DNA of 64,000 nucleotides from Gracilinanus agilis (Eukaryota). Of this stretch, positions 1 to 13,862 are shown one piece after another. The notes below the pieces were generated by a model that worked only from the letters and a program-made list of their open reading frames with translations, did not search any database and was not told where the DNA came from. Numbering within the stretch: position 1 is the first letter of the stretch; each line of letters starts with the position of its first letter. Location of the stretch: the NCBI RefSeq assembly GCF_016433145.1, contig NC_058134.1:258878887-258942886 (forward strand), written 5' to 3'. Made by a program: the position numbers and the translations under genes.

Positions 1-456
1 GTCATTGGTAGAATAATTCAGGAAACAATTTTACCCAATGTTGTTTAAAATGAGTTTAAAATTTTCTTGCTGACATCAACAATATTGTATTGGTGACTGT
101 GTTATTTAAGGCAAATAGTAAAAAGTATAAATAACCTTTTGTGGTTTTTCTCATATGTGTGTATGTATTTACATCATTCATATGTGATCCATTATTACAT
201 GTGTAATTCATATTAAAGTTAATGGAGAATGATTCACTATAAGAAATATATTTGTGTAATATATCTTAACTTTGTCAATCCTTTTAGTATTAACTTATTC
301 TTAATGACATTTGTTTTGTGTACTTTAGTTAAAGCACTTCCATTTTAGAAGAATATTTTGTCTACTATACAGGGAGAAAATTTTCAAATATAAATGTTCA
401 AACAACTTTGTTTTTAAAGTAAATGGAGTATTTCAAGAGTTTTATTATTATTGAAG

Positions 457-641
457 GCAGGTGAGGCTTCTCAAACAGAAACTGTATCAGAAGAAAACAA
501 AAGTCTTATATGGACATTACTGAAACAAGTTCGTCCAGGCATGGACCTGTCCCGGGTTGTTCTACCTACATTCATCTTGGAACCTCGTTCTTTTCTGGAT
601 AAACTCTCAGATTACTATTATCATGCAGATTTCCTCTCAGA
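457..641 (+). CDS. OSBPL8: OSBPL8 (ORP8) internal coding exon: [61 protein letters not shown](E), start of the ORD
   Basis: Translation matches the ORP5/8 ORD lid region ([16 protein letters not shown]). Acceptor ttgaag|GCA; donor GA|gtaagt (phase 2). Confidence 0.96.
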
Positions 642-1549
642 GTAAGTGAATTCTTGTTTCTTAAAATATCAAATACTTCTTTATGTTTGAGTTAATTCTA
701 TGAAATGGTACTCTAAATGCTGCCTTTCTAAATAATCTGGTTATGAGACTACCATTATGTCTTCCCTCCCACACATATGGGGGATTTCTTCTGAATGCAC
801 AGAAAGAGCAGTATAATGAGTAATTCTGACAAGCAGGATAAATACCAGTAATATACCTAATAAAAGCAGAATCAAACCAACTTTTTAGACAGATTCATTT
901 AAATAAAGGAGACCACAGGAAGAGATAAAAAGCTCTTGAAAAATATGGAGAACACTTTCATCATTGGTAAGGACCTTAAGACAGTGGTTGGAAGTACAAG
1001 GTAAGGAAATATACTTTCTGGTAGTTTTCTACTTTTAACTTTTCTTGCTAATTAGGTGCAAAGTTCAGTTATTTCTTCCTGTTTAAGAATGACAGGTGCT
1101 GTCAGTACCTTATTAATAGCAGTGCCTTGAGAGTAATAGCAGTGCCCAGGCTGCTAACCCTAGTTACAGATCTATTATTCTTAAATTAATTAACTTGACC
1201 ATTGAATTCCTGTAGGTAGTAGGACTATAGCTGAATTCAATTTGAACAGCTGGACTAATTTGTCCCCTTTCTACCTCCTTGTAAAAAAAAAAAAAAACCC
1301 TGAAGAGTTCGTTATCATGCCATATGCCTCCCAAAGTCAAAGATATGCACCTTTACAGAATCACAAAATTTCAGTTAGAAGAGACCTCAGTGGCCATCTA
1401 ATCTAGCCCGCATACAAAAGAAATCTCCACTCTAATAAACCCCAAAAGTCCTCTAGTCTTGACTTGAAGTTTTTTCAGTTGTTGAAAAGTGAACATAAGA
1501 CTTCAGAAAATTGTGAGACTCTCCCTTTTCTTTCTGAAAGCTGTGCCTC

Positions 1550-2570
1550 CCTCTTAGTGCATCCTGGATCACATAAATTTTTTTGACTGCCACATCATAC
1601 TCCTGATACATTGAGCTTTCAGTCACCTAACACCCCTGTCCTGGATCTTTTCTAAAACAACTACTATCAAACCATACCTCCCCATCTCAAATTTTTGAAG
1701 TTCATTTTTTGTACTGAAGTGAAAGGTTTTAATAAAACATTTATCCCTGCTGAATTAATTCTCATTAAGCCCAAGCTCTAGTTCATCAAGATCCTTTTGG
1801 ATCCTGACGATTGGTTGTCTTTGCTGGCTTTCTCTTACCTGCCAGTCTGATGAACGCATAATGCATTCATTTAAGTCACGGATAAAAACTGAAGAGAGCC
1901 AAGTGTAGATTCCTCAGCTACTCTCTTGGAACACTTCTGCTGGGTTGACTTTGAGCCATTAACATCCAACCAGCTCTGAGTCCTGTGACCTGTCTTCTCC
2001 TCAAGAGTGCTGTGCCTGACACTTTATCCAGGCTTTTCCCAGCTTTCTCCTCATCTACTGATTTAGCAAAACTGAAACAGAAAAAGGAAATGAATAACCT
2101 GTTCTGGATGAGCCATGTTTGGTTCATGGTCACCATTTCACCAATCATCTCGTTAATGATCTGTTTTATAACATCATAATGCTCAGGAATTAAAGTCATG
2201 GGCTAGGGTTGTTAGATTCTTTTCTCTTATTTAAAAATCAAGAGAACACTCACCTTTCTTCAGTCTTGTGGTGCCTCCTACGCTCCATGATCTCGGAGCT
2301 AGGAGCAGTGACACCTGCCTGTCCTCTCAGTGCCCGAGTGTGTCGTCCTCTAGCCCCAGGGCCCGAGTCAGTCAGTGAGAACCAGGCAGTGGACTTCATG
2401 ATAGTCATTCTTCTTGTCATTTCTACTGTCCACGTCCTTTGTAGAGAAAATGGAAATCAACCAAGAATTGAATCTTCTTTCATCAGTCCCAGCTAAGTCA
2501 AGCACTGGTCCTGGCCTTTCTAATTCTCTCCCAAGAGAACTTTAAAAAGGGCTAGGGCAGGGTCTTTATT
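1550..2570 (-). mobile_element. CR1/L3 LINE reverse-transcriptase remnant
   Basis: The minus-strand ORF 1918-2199 keeps degenerate CR1 RT words (NQ..LIQNR..ISFF..VDE..DKVS..SVP). IQKDLDE is near 1790. Confidence 0.7.
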
Positions 2571-2688
2571 TTCCAAGTAGGAACACCATTTTCAAAGAAA
2601 GCACTATTTTTGTTATATATACTCTCCTAAAGAGTTAACTGAAGTATAAAGAAGTTGAGATGGTATTTCCTTCTTTAAAGAATCGTGC

Positions 2689-2885
2689 AGGGCAACTAGG
2701 TAGCAGAATGGACAGAATGACAGACCTGCAATTGGGAAGACCTGGGTTCATATCTGGCCTCAGACACTTCCTAGCCTTGTGGTCCTGGGCAAGTTGCCTA
2801 GCTCCAGGTGCCTAGCTCTTACCCCCTTCTGCCCCTAAGATTCATTAGTGTTGATTCTAAGGCAGAAGGTAAGGGTTTAAAACAA
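2689..2885 (+). mobile_element. Marsupial CORE-SINE (MAR1/SINE1_Mdo-like)
   Basis: tRNA-like head, CORE (gggcaagt) and tail gaaggtaagggtttaaaa. Confidence 0.8.
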
Positions 2886-3181
2886 ATAATGCACACTATG
2901 TCTTTCAGTGATTTTCAATACTATTTATCAATTTTAATGTTCTCTTTTCTTGAATTTAGAACATCATTGTTAATAATTTTTGGATTGTCAGGTGGCTCTA
3001 ACAGAATTGTTTTTTAAGCTACTTAAATGATTCTGGAAAGTAAGCTAATATAACCTTATTTTCTAATTATTTAAATATCATGCACATAATTTTTCATTAT
3101 ATACCCAATATAGTTGCTTAAATTTATAAATTAAAGAAGATTCACAATTTAGTCATGTCATCTACTTTTGTTACTTCTTAG

Positions 3182-3263
3182 GGCATCTCTTGAAGAAAAT
3201 CCTTACTTCCGCCTGAAAAAAGTAGTGAAATGGTATTTGTCAGGATTCTATAAAAAGCCAAAG
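3182..3263 (+). CDS. OSBPL8: OSBPL8 exon: ASLEENPYFRLKKVVKWYLSGFYKKPK
   Basis: Acceptor cttcttag|G; donor AAG|gtaatt; phase-compatible with its neighbours. Confidence 0.96.
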
Positions 3264-3572
3264 GTAATTTGCCTGTCATTGTTTCTTTATTGCTATAAAA
3301 CTTTCCATTTAAAAAAAGAGGCTGCTTTATGTTCCTTGACATTTTTGTTATTGAACATCTTTGATTTACCAGAATATGTTTCTGCTTCCTAATGTGAAAC
3401 CTGATTATGGTTATTAGCATCATTATTTTATATAATCTTGTATCAAGCAAGCTTATCATTAAATGCCTACCACAATGTGAAATGTCCTCTTTAGAAATAG
3501 TATCTACATGACAGACTTAAAAACCTGTCTTCAAGCTTATATATTATACATATTCTATTTCTTTTTCTTTAG

Positions 3573-3671
3573 GGATTAAAGAAACCATATAATCCTATAC
3601 TTGGTGAGACTTTCCGCTGCCTCTGGGTTCATCCTAGAACAAACAGCAAGACTTTTTACATTGCTGAACAG
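3573..3671 (+). CDS. OSBPL8: OSBPL8 exon: GLKKPYNPILGETFRCLWVHPRTNSKTFYIAEQ
   Basis: Carries the ORD KPYNPILGETF motif. Acceptor tttctttag|; donor CAG|gtatga. Confidence 0.97.
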
Positions 3672-6173
3672 GTATGAGCAACATATTTTACACAACAAAA
3701 CTGACTTTGGCATCAGTGGGCAATTTTTGAAAGAACATTAGTGAAATTAATTTTTTTCTAATAGCATTTCAGCTAAAAAACTTTATGGATATTTGTTAGT
3801 AGACAGTCCTTTTACTTGTCTATGTGGTGAATGTAAGTTTCTTAAAAAGCACTACCACCACAACTGTGAAAGCTATTTAGTGAAAAATAAATATATAAAT
3901 CTGTTTCCCAGTCTGGAAATTGGACGCATCATTGCTTGTCCAGTTTCTAGTGCTGACCTTTCAGAGATTGATTTCTCACTTCAGTTACTTATTGCTGTTG
4001 TAAAAAATATTCAAACATATCTCATATACTGTTTTTTTAAATAAAAGAATTCTTCTTATAATACTGCTTTCTCTGTACACAGACCTCAAGGACAGCGTGA
4101 TAATAGAATCCAATACAATTTATTGTGTTTACATTGTAAAGAGTATTTATTGAGAAACTTATCAAAGCCCAAAATGTTTTGTTATTGTTTGAGTATTGTT
4201 CTTTACTGGGAAATACTGTTCCATACTCTGGTTGCTAGGTGGTACAGTGGTTAGAGCACTGTCTTTGGTACTCTTGTCCATCTTCAAATAATAGCTTTGT
4301 GACTCTGGGCAAGTCACCTGACTTTTCTGAATCTCAGGTTCCTCATCTATAAAGTGGACACGTATTGAAGACCTTAAAGTGCTACATATGTGCTAATTAT
4401 ATTATTGTTGTTGTTTTTCTAATTCTCTACTTTTTGGGGTAGTTCCTATCATCTTTAGACTTTTAATGAAGGTTTCATTAAAGTTTTATATAAATTTATT
4501 TTTAAAAATAAGTAAATATATTTTTGCTGAGTGAACTTTATGTTTATAGGGATTATTCTGTGTAAGTAAATTACTATTTCCTAATTTATCATTTTGTAAA
4601 GACCAGAATTTTTATTTTATTTCTTTTCCTGTTGCTACCATTCTGCTTCATGCCCTCAACACCTTAGGTCTTGCCTACCTAAGTAGAGACTCCTACCTGA
4701 TCTTTCTTATCTTCAGCCTCCAAGACTGGTATCTCTAAAGCAGTCTTGATTGTATCATTCCTTTGATCAGAAATCTTCAACAGCTCCCTTTTTCTTACAA
4801 AATCTAAAACTTTAATCTGGCACACAATATACTTTCCATATTCCAATGCTAGTCAATATTTAATCCCATTTAATTTATTGAACCCTTAACTCCCAGGTTA
4901 ATTAATGCACTTATGGTAACATGAATTTATCTCGAGCTTTCTTTCTTTGATACTTTTTAAATGAAATTTTCTCCTTGCCCTTCCCTAGCCTTTTCTGCTC
5001 ATTCAAATTCTGCTCATCTCTCAGAACTTGACTCAGATCCTTTCTTATCTTTAAAGCTTTCCCAGATGACTCTAGCCCATTGTCATCGCCTCTCCCAAAC
5101 CCCATTTAGTCCTGCTCCTTTTGTTGTAATAGTTGTAATTTACCTATTATACTTACATTATGTGTAATCTATTACGTACTATTTTACCTCTCATACTGTT
5201 ATATAAAACCTGCTATTTATCATGTATTGTTATTTAACATTGTATAAATCTGTCTTGTTTTTTAACTAGACTATTAATTTTTTGGACGAAGAGCCATATC
5301 TTTATATTTCTTTGTATTCCCATTAGTGCTTAGCAGGATGTCTTATACATAGTAGGTATTTAATTTAATGTATGTTTGCTTATTCCTAAGTAGACCTATT
5401 TTGTATTTAATTAAAAGCTAATCATGTTTATGCCCCCATTCATCCATTCACATTATGCTTATCAAATTAACTATCCATTGGTTATTACCTCGTATTGTCA
5501 TGAGTGTAGTGGATGCTTTGGAGGTACCATGATGAAGTGAGAGGCAGTATGTCAGAGTAAATAATGAGTAGATTTGGAGTCAGAGGATTTAGTTTCAAAT
5601 TCTGGTTCTACCACGTAGGTGTGACTGGACAAATCACGTAACCTTTTTGTATCTCAAATTCCTCTTCTTTAAATGAAGAAAATAGACTCAGTTTTCCTTA
5701 GCAAATATAAGATCCCTTCTCCTGAAATCCCACAAATCTACAGCAGAGGAATGTTGTTTTCTGGCACTGATTTCACTTCAAGAAGCAGATAATGCGCATG
5801 ATTTTAAAGTAGGGAGAAAGGGAGATGTAGCAGAAAGAGCAAAGTTAGAAATCTTAAGCCAGTCCTCGCTCTTCTTTTTAATAATTGGAAGACCTTGAGT
5901 TAAGAGTCACTCCACAACTCTGGAACTTATGTGGTTTAACTCAGTAATGGCCAAGGTTTCTTCCCATCTTTAATCTTCTGTTATTCTAAGCAGGTGTAAG
6001 TTCAGCAATATTCCTTGAAAATTTGAACCCCAGTTTTTATACATGGTCTCTTCAGTTTTTTCTCTTGTGAATGTCTTTTTTAGTGTACTCATTTGGAGTT
6101 AACAAATAAATTTAAGATGATACAGCATAGTAATACTTGTTTATATTATTATTTTTCCTGTTGTGTTCAATAG

Positions 6174-6270
6174 GTGTCCCATCACCCACCTATTTCTGCC
6201 TTCTATATTAGCAACCGAAAGGATGGGTTTTGCCTTAGTGGTAGTATCCTGGCCAAGTCCAAGTTCTATG
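6174..6270 (+). CDS. OSBPL8: OSBPL8 exon: VSHHPPISAFYISNRKDGFCLSGSILAKSKFY(G)
   Basis: Completes the OSBP signature EQVSHHPP across the junction. Acceptor caatag|; donor G|gtgagt. Confidence 0.97.
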
Positions 6271-7671
6271 GTGAGTTTGTATTCAACTTTAGCTAGTTAG
6301 AATTTGATTGTCTTTCATGTCCTAAATTTCTTTGTATAGTTTCTGTTCATTTCATCCACCAAATTTACTTGGATGACAAGCATACCTTTGGAGCTGATTT
6401 TTTCAGTTCACAATGGAGTTATGACCCTGTTGTGTAAGAATGGCCCTCGTGCAGTTATAAGCTCTCTACCAGCACTCTAGGACAGGTAGTGAGCAGCACT
6501 CTTCCATCTCCACTTTTGTCAGGTTGTGGCTTCTGTATAAATAGAGAACCTTGATCCAAGGAGAGCTTAGCTGACCTGACCAGAGAAAAATAATTTAAGT
6601 GAATAAAATGCCTTCCTAAAGGGGAAGAACTCCCCAGTTTCAGAGGAGAGGGGGATGGATTAGGCTTATAGTTACCTCAGGTTTGAGGATAAGAAAGCCA
6701 GTCTGGGGCTTCTGCTAAGGATGCAACTCCAATCTCTTCTTTCCTCTTCCTCTTCTTATGGGATAGGGTATTTGGGTACTGAATAATAGAGGAGAGGAAG
6801 AAGAGTTACTACTCACTGAGCTGTCTAGTGGTCTTGGGCCCATGTCCTCATCCTAGTGCCTGCTTTGCTAAATGTCGGTTGATTTGATTCTCTATAGAGT
6901 TAAGTAACTTGAGAAACCTTCATAGATCATCAGATAGTTGACAATTGTTGATATTTATCATTAGAATTCCCCTCACTTATTGTCTGGACTAGATGTTCAC
7001 CGAAGTTCCTTCCTACTCTCAAATTCTGTGATTCTGTGAATTTTAGATACTTTTAAAGGGGTGAAATGTGATTAGATCTTTGTTCATAGGCCGCCGATTT
7101 TAAAATATTCGATAGAATTTTTTACATCTCTTTTGTTTTCTTATAAATCAGTGCCAGAGGAAGGAAAAGTATTATTCAGAGATCTTAACCATGATATCGG
7201 GAGATTTAAGGCAAGCAAGAAACTCTCTATGAGGGATCTTTTAAACCTGTTTTTCTCTCTGAAATAGGCAAATGAAAACTATGTATAATAAAACAGTTTT
7301 TCAGCAAATAAATGTTATAGATTAGATATATGGAATTGGGGGTTATTAATAGATTAGAATAAGTTAGACTTATTTTTTTTAAAAAAACCAAAACCCTTAA
7401 GTTTTTAATATTTCATCTAGAAAATATTGTGTTAAATTATATGGCACTCTGGGTAAATAGATATTGTTACTTAGTTTGGTAAGGAGGAATAACTAAGTTC
7501 TAGTAGCCACAAATTGGGAATTAGGTCAGGTTAATTTTTCTTTTCCAGTTAGGGGATGAAATGACCAATAATCGAGGAAAAATCCCTAAAGTGGGAATGT
7601 GATCTGTAGCTAGGAATTATAACTCCCAGCCAGCATACACACTTCTGGTCTCTTTGAGTGACCTTAATATC

Positions 7672-7987
7672 ACACGCAGGAGGCAGAGACATCAGTGAGA
7701 CTGTCATCCTGGTCTAGGGGTGAGTTCATGAAGCGCTAAAGTAGAGTGCAATAAGACTGGAAAGACAAATGAATGAGAGAAACATTTCACAGGTAGAATA
7801 GAAAAAAAAAAACCCAAAACTTGCTGGCACATTGGATATACTGCAGGGTCAGGGTTGGGGGAAGAAGAAAAATCCACAGCTGTGTTTCAGGATCAAAAAG
7901 TCATTGCAAATAAGATAGGTCATCATCTAACCATTGACTTTTGGGGGGAAGTTTTTGTGGAATGTGCTGGTTCAAGGTGTCTCCAAA
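7672..7987 (+). repeat. ~315-bp direct repeat, copy 1 (copy 2 at 9320-9633)
   Basis: The two copies align base by base with about 11 differences by eye (~96-97% identity). Confidence 0.95.
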
Positions 7988-8419
7988 TTCATGTCTTATT
8001 TCTATAACTGAATTGATTCAGTATATCAAGGGAAAATAGGGTCTATTTCTTAAAGTAAGGAATAGTTGTATTCAAGGAGATCCTTTGTCTTAGGGCTTAA
8101 AATCCTTCCCAAACAGACTGGTGGAGAAGATTAATCTTGAATCACTAGAAAAAGATTCTTTCACAGCAGTGAAAAGCATTTAATCAGTGTCCACATATGC
8201 TTTGCTTATGTCAAGAGAGCTTCCAGACAATGAACTTGCCCAGTAAGAGTTTTTATAGATATGATGGAAATATATAGTGTGAGACAGATGTAAAAACAAC
8301 TATATAGGAAATATGCTCTTAGAGAAATATTGTTTTAAGGGAAAAAATATAGTGTATATAACATAGATTAACATGTAACTTAATCTATAGTATAGTGGAA
8401 ATAAGAAGAAAATTTTCCA

Positions 8420-9760
8420 ACCTATAATTTAGCAACAGCAAACGTTTAACATGTACTTACACTGTTTTTGGTGCATGGATCCAAAGATGAAACAAGAGCT
8501 GCTCCCTGCCCTTGAGAAGCTTACAGTCTAATGGAGGGAGAGGAGTTAGATATGTACACAAATAACTTGTACCAAGTAGAATGTTAAGTGCAAAAATGGA
8601 GGACCAGACAGTCGGGAGGAAAATTGTCGGGGAAAGCAGGAAGCTTCTATGGAGGAAGTGGCCCTTGTATTGGGAGTTCCAAAGAAGGGAGATCTATGAG
8701 CAGCCAAAGACTGGTGATAGGAGAGGCAGAGAAGGAGCCCTTCTAGGAAGAGGTCAGTATGAGCAAAGCAGGCAGGTGAAAACATGTCAGTGAGTAAGTT
8801 TTTCTGAAAATGAAATATATGAAAGAGAGTACTATAAAGTAAGTCTAGAAAGCTGGATTAGGGATAGCTTGTGAAGGACTTTGAGAGCTAACATAAGGCA
8901 TTTCTTCGACAATGGGAAAAACCACCAGAAGTTTCTGGGTATTCGGTACCATCAGCGTACCATACCAAGAAGTTAAAGCAGGATCAGGCTTTGTTAGTAC
9001 TTACGTGGAATACCTCTTGGAAACACAGGGGGCTGTAACAGGCTTTTTCTTGAGAAATAACATGGTCCAGGAGAAGGAGTGCCAGATTAGATTAGAGGTA
9101 GAAGATTAAAGTTTCCATCCCAGCTCCGTAGCTTCCAACCTCTATGACCAGGGGCAAGTTCCATTGTCTATCTGGACTTCAGTTTTTCTCATCTATAAAA
9201 GTAAGGAATTGGTCTGAATGACATGTTCTGTCCCTTCCATCTCCAAACCTGTGATCCTATTAGTGGTGCATTTAATAAGATATCTCTGACAGTAGTATAA
9301 AGGAGAACTTAGTGAAGAGACACACAGGAGGCAGAGACATCAGTGAGACTGTCATCCTGGTCTAGGGGTGAGTTCATGAAGCGCTAAACTAGAGTGCAGT
9401 AAGACTGAAAAGGCAAATGAATGAGAGAAACATTTCACAGGTAGAATAGAAAAAAAAACCCAAAACTTGCTGGCACATTGGATATACTGCAGGGTCAGGG
9501 TTGGGGGAAGAAGAAAAATCCACAACTGTGTTTCAGGATCAAAAAGTCATTGCAAATAAGATAGGTCATCATCTAACCATTGACTTTTGGGGGGAAGTTT
9601 TTTTGGAATGTGCTGGTTCAAGATATCTCCAAAGAAAAGAAGAGAAGCTTTTTGAGTTGTAGGAGGCAAAAGGTCTGAGTATAGAGGATGAAAGAAGCTT
9701 GGAATCCAGCCTAAGATGACACACATAGAATATAATTGGCATACAATCTTGCCATGGAAT
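8420..9760 (-). mobile_element. L2 3' fragment interrupted by a MIR-like piece; contains duplication copy 2
   Basis: Typical antisense L2 3' words (ccctgcccttgagaagcttacagtcta, ggaaaacc...gaaggact). Confidence 0.65.
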
Positions 9761-10365
9761 AATTATGGACACAGAGAATTGGGTAAGCAGAAGCATTTGG
9801 AAAGATGTGCCAACCTTTTGCATTAAAAAAAAAAAAAAAAGAAAAAACAAAACCAAGTGTAAACCACCAAAACAAGTAGATTTTTGTGTGTGCTTTTGTG
9901 AAAGCTTTTGAATATTAATTACTAGTACAGGCTCAATGCTCATTTCTTAGATGCCTTAAGCAAAACTTGTCTCTGCTCTGAATGCTCCAAAGTCTACATC
10001 TGAGGGTTCCTAATGATATACTTGTAACCAAAGATGAGGTTTTGCCAGATGTTAGAGGTCTGTGTTTTTTATTTAAAGAATTCTTTTGCCTCTGTGCTTA
10101 GAAAATTTTCAATATAACAGCAAATATATTCTAGTGTTTTTATTGGCTTTAATCTTTATTTTACTTGTAGCACATCACTCCAAATATATTCAGCATTTTA
10201 AATCATTTTTGTGAGTCACATTTCAAAAGTGATTTCTAACCATCAACTTAGATACTGTTGGGAGACAGGAGAGAGAAATCAAGCTAGCCTAAATGATTTC
10301 CAATTATTATCTTGTAAGTAGATTTGTATTTACTTTGTATAATTATAACAAACTACTTCTTTCAG

Positions 10366-10464
10366 GGAATTCACTATCTGCCTTACTGGAAGGAGAAGCG
10401 CGCTTAACTTTTTTGAATAGAGGTGAAGATTATGTGATGACGATGCCATATGCTCATTGTAAAG
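10366..10464 (+). CDS. OSBPL8: OSBPL8 exon: NSLSALLEGEARLTFLNRGEDYVMTMPYAHCK(G)
   Basis: Acceptor cttctttcag|; donor G|gtaaat; matches ORP8. Confidence 0.96.
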
Positions 10465-11599
10465 GTAAATTTTTTAAACATTCAAAATCCAGTTAGATAC
10501 TTTAAATTTCTGGAATTTTATATTTCAAAGATTGATAAAATTATTAGTCTGGTAAGTATCATCTTGCTTAAAAGCATCCTGGAGTTCATAAACTCGGTTT
10601 TGAATTTCTTGCTATCACCTGCTGGCTACCCTAGCATTTAGAGCCAAAGGAGTTCAGCATCCACATATCTTTCTTGACATAAGTCCCACCTTTCAAAAGA
10701 GAAGTGAATTATACTGGTTCTGGGATGCAATTTCCCCCATTAATGCCAACCTTTCTGTACTGGCATACAGAAGTTGACAGATAACACGCCTCACCCCCTT
10801 GTGGTCTAGTGTCTGTTCCTCCCACTCTGCTGCTCTAAAAGTGTTCTTTCAGAAATTTTCAAAATGCTAAATCCAGGAACAGTTTTTCAGGCTGTTACTC
10901 CTTTTTCCCCCCTCTCCAGCATTTGATACTGTTCACTGCCCTCTTTGTGATACAATCTCCTCCCTTGGCTTTAGAGGGCCCATATTTTCTCTTGGTTCTC
11001 CTACCTTCTCAACTGTTTTCTTTTTTGCTTTCCTTATTCTCTCCTTCCTCACCTTTAATTCAGAAATCCCCCCAAATTTCTGGTGGTGTTTCTCTTTGCT
11101 TTCCTCTCATCTACTATTATAACTTCAGCTGTATTTTCTATGTGGATAACTTCAAAACATTCACTACTTGCCCTTGCCTTCCCTCAAAAGCTCTAGAATC
11201 ATTTTTCCTTCTGGTTACTGGGCATCTATCTGGATATTAGTCTTTTAAAATACCAGTGTGATCACACTCCTACATAGTCAGCCACCTGTAGTGGCTCCCA
11301 TTATAGGTCAGAGAAGGCTCAGATGATGCCTGGCATTTGGTATCTCCCATAATCTGACTCCAGTCTACTTTCTCATCCTTTGTTGATTCTCTGATTTTTA
11401 CATAGCTTTTGTTCCCACTGAAAAACGCACCCACCCACAAGAAGTTACTGAACTATTGCTTTACAGTCCTTATGCAAACTTTTCTCCAGTTTTTTCCCCA
11501 CTAGAAAATGCTCAGTGCTAATACTACTGCTTCCATGAAGTTCCCAAGTTGGAAACCTTCTCTTATATGTCTGATTTTGTGGCACTGTGTACTATGTAC

Positions 11600-11842
11600 T
11601 GATGGAGCGCCTCATCTGTGTAACTGAGTCAGGAAGGCCTAAGTTCAAATGTTGCAGCTGATACTTAAATGTGTGCCTCTGAGGCAAGGAAGCCATTTGC
11701 CCTCTGTGTCTCAGTTTTTCTTTCTGTGAAATGAAGATAATAATAGCACCTGTTCCACAGGGATGTGATGAGTTATAGGTTAAGTTGTATAAAATGTTTT
11801 GCAAACCTTAAAGCACTTATACCAATGCTAACTATTATTATC
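11600..11842 (+). mobile_element. MIR
   Basis: CORE plus the L2-derived tail (ctcagttttt..tgtgaaatg..ataataatagcacct..gcaaaccttaaagcac). Confidence 0.8.
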
Positions 11843-13862
11843 CTTTTATGCATTTAACATTTTTTGATTTTTACTATGTTTTATTCTAATAGATTTTAAA
11901 CCTTTTAAAATCAGGAACCCTGTGAGTTATTTTTGTATCTTTTCCAGCATTATCTGAAGTGAAATGGGCTGCTTTGTGTAATAGTAAATTTCCAAGTTTT
12001 GAGGTATTTAGAACATTTATTGGGAATGTAGTTGAGAGGATTCATGCATTGAGTGGATATGTGAAAATGATCTTTAAGCTAAGGTCTCTTCCAACTCATA
12101 TTATTATTCATATTATGGTTCATTATTAAGTTGACATCAGAAGTAGTCAACTTTCTTAAAAATTAGGGAGTCCTTTTTTACTCTATATGCTTTTGTGTGG
12201 CTACTGATAAGAATACAAAATATAGATCCCTCTCTGATTAACTGTCACAGCTATTTGGAATACTGGTTGCTTATATAAGAAAAATGTTAATTGCTCAAAA
12301 ATTACAAACTCCTGCCAAAAGAAATATTTTAAATTAAGCATGCTATCCTTTTGAGGAAAAATCCAACCAATTTTGGTTGTTGGTGATGATCATTATATAA
12401 CTTCTCAGACACATCTTAGCTAGCAAAAGACCTTCCTTGGTTCAGTTAAGTAAACATTAATTAGGCATCTTTTGTGCTCAAGATGTTGTATTAGGCTTTA
12501 GGAATACAGGGATGAGAAACAGCCTAGGAGCCCTCCCACAGCTCATAGTATGGATGGGATGTTAGCAAAAGAAAACTCCAGCAGGATTGGAGGAGGAAGA
12601 ATTTGTTTCAATCTGAGGGAATTGGAGAACGATTTTATTGGGTCCCTTGAGTTGGAATTTGCAAGAAGGAAAAGGGATTTTGTTAGTGAGAGATGTAGAA
12701 GGAGAAATATCTTCAAGATATGATGGGATTGCTTAGAGAAGAATTGCTAAGAGCTAAACACTCTTTAAAATTACCTTTTTCTCCACTCTTTTTGTAATTT
12801 TAGCTTCTCTTCTGTTCAAACTTAATCTACAAATGAAGAATTGACCTTTTGTGTTTCTTTAAACTCAGTTTGTAATACTGAAGAGATGTGGAGAGATCAA
12901 CCTTTGCCCTGCTTTCAGATAATACTTCACTCAAAATTGATTGGATAACTGTCAACCTTTTTTAAAGGACTACTGAGAAGTTTGCCTAAATGAAGCTAGT
13001 CTATCTAGTGTTTAATAGTCATAATTCTCAGAGATAAACTAAATCCCTCATACAGCAGGGATTTTCTTTCTTGCCTTTTCTTTGCTTGCTTCATTCCTCA
13101 ACAGAGGAACTGTTCAGCCAAGACTGCTGGTCACTATCTTCTTTGTAGCTTGCTTTTATATCACTTAAAGTATTATATTGCATCCTTAGCTTTTAAAACT
13201 TTTAAAAACGTTTCTAAGTTGAATAATCATATTACTTAGCCTTTCATCAGGATTTTTTCAAAGATTTAACCCTTTGGCTCTTCTTTGATATTTGTCCCAG
13301 GTTTTATGTCTCTTTTTGGTTATAAAATTCAGAACCAGAAATGATACTTTACTGCTAGTTAAAGGTACGAACAGTCCTGAGTATAAAAAGGCTACTAATT
13401 TGCTTCGGTTGCTTTTTATAATGCTTGCTTAAAGTTACCTAGTTATCTGACATGGATGTCTTTTTATCTGTGTTTTTACTCTGGCCTCTTTATTCCATGT
13501 TTACAAAATCACTACATCCTTTATTCATGTTTTTTCCCCCACACTTGATTTAGCTCTGTTATATTTCACTATATTTTTCTATTAATTCTTGTTTTCCAAG
13601 TTCGTTTACAATAATGATTTAGTCTTCCAGAGTACATGACATTAGGCTTAATCCTATAATGATACCTGGATTTTTAAGAAAAAATTAAGAATTTTTAATG
13701 CTTTGTGCTATGTTTAAGTCTCTGTCTGTCTCCATTCCCCACCCCAGCCTCCCATCCCCATCTCTGTCTGTTCCTCTTTCTCTTTCTCTCCCTTTTCTTT
13801 CTCCTCCCTCCATCCCCATTACTACTCTTTGGCTATGTCATCTCATTTATTTTAGAATAGAA

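Noticed and set aside
1114-1146. Short tandem duplications (taatagcagtgcc x2; similar at 32209-32249 and 56792-56817)
   Set aside because: These are ordinary slippage-type micro-duplications with no further structure.
13301-13364. Possible 64-nt cryptic exon (tcccag| ... aaag|gtacga)
   Set aside because: The donor is weak and there is no other support; such pseudo-exons are ubiquitous.
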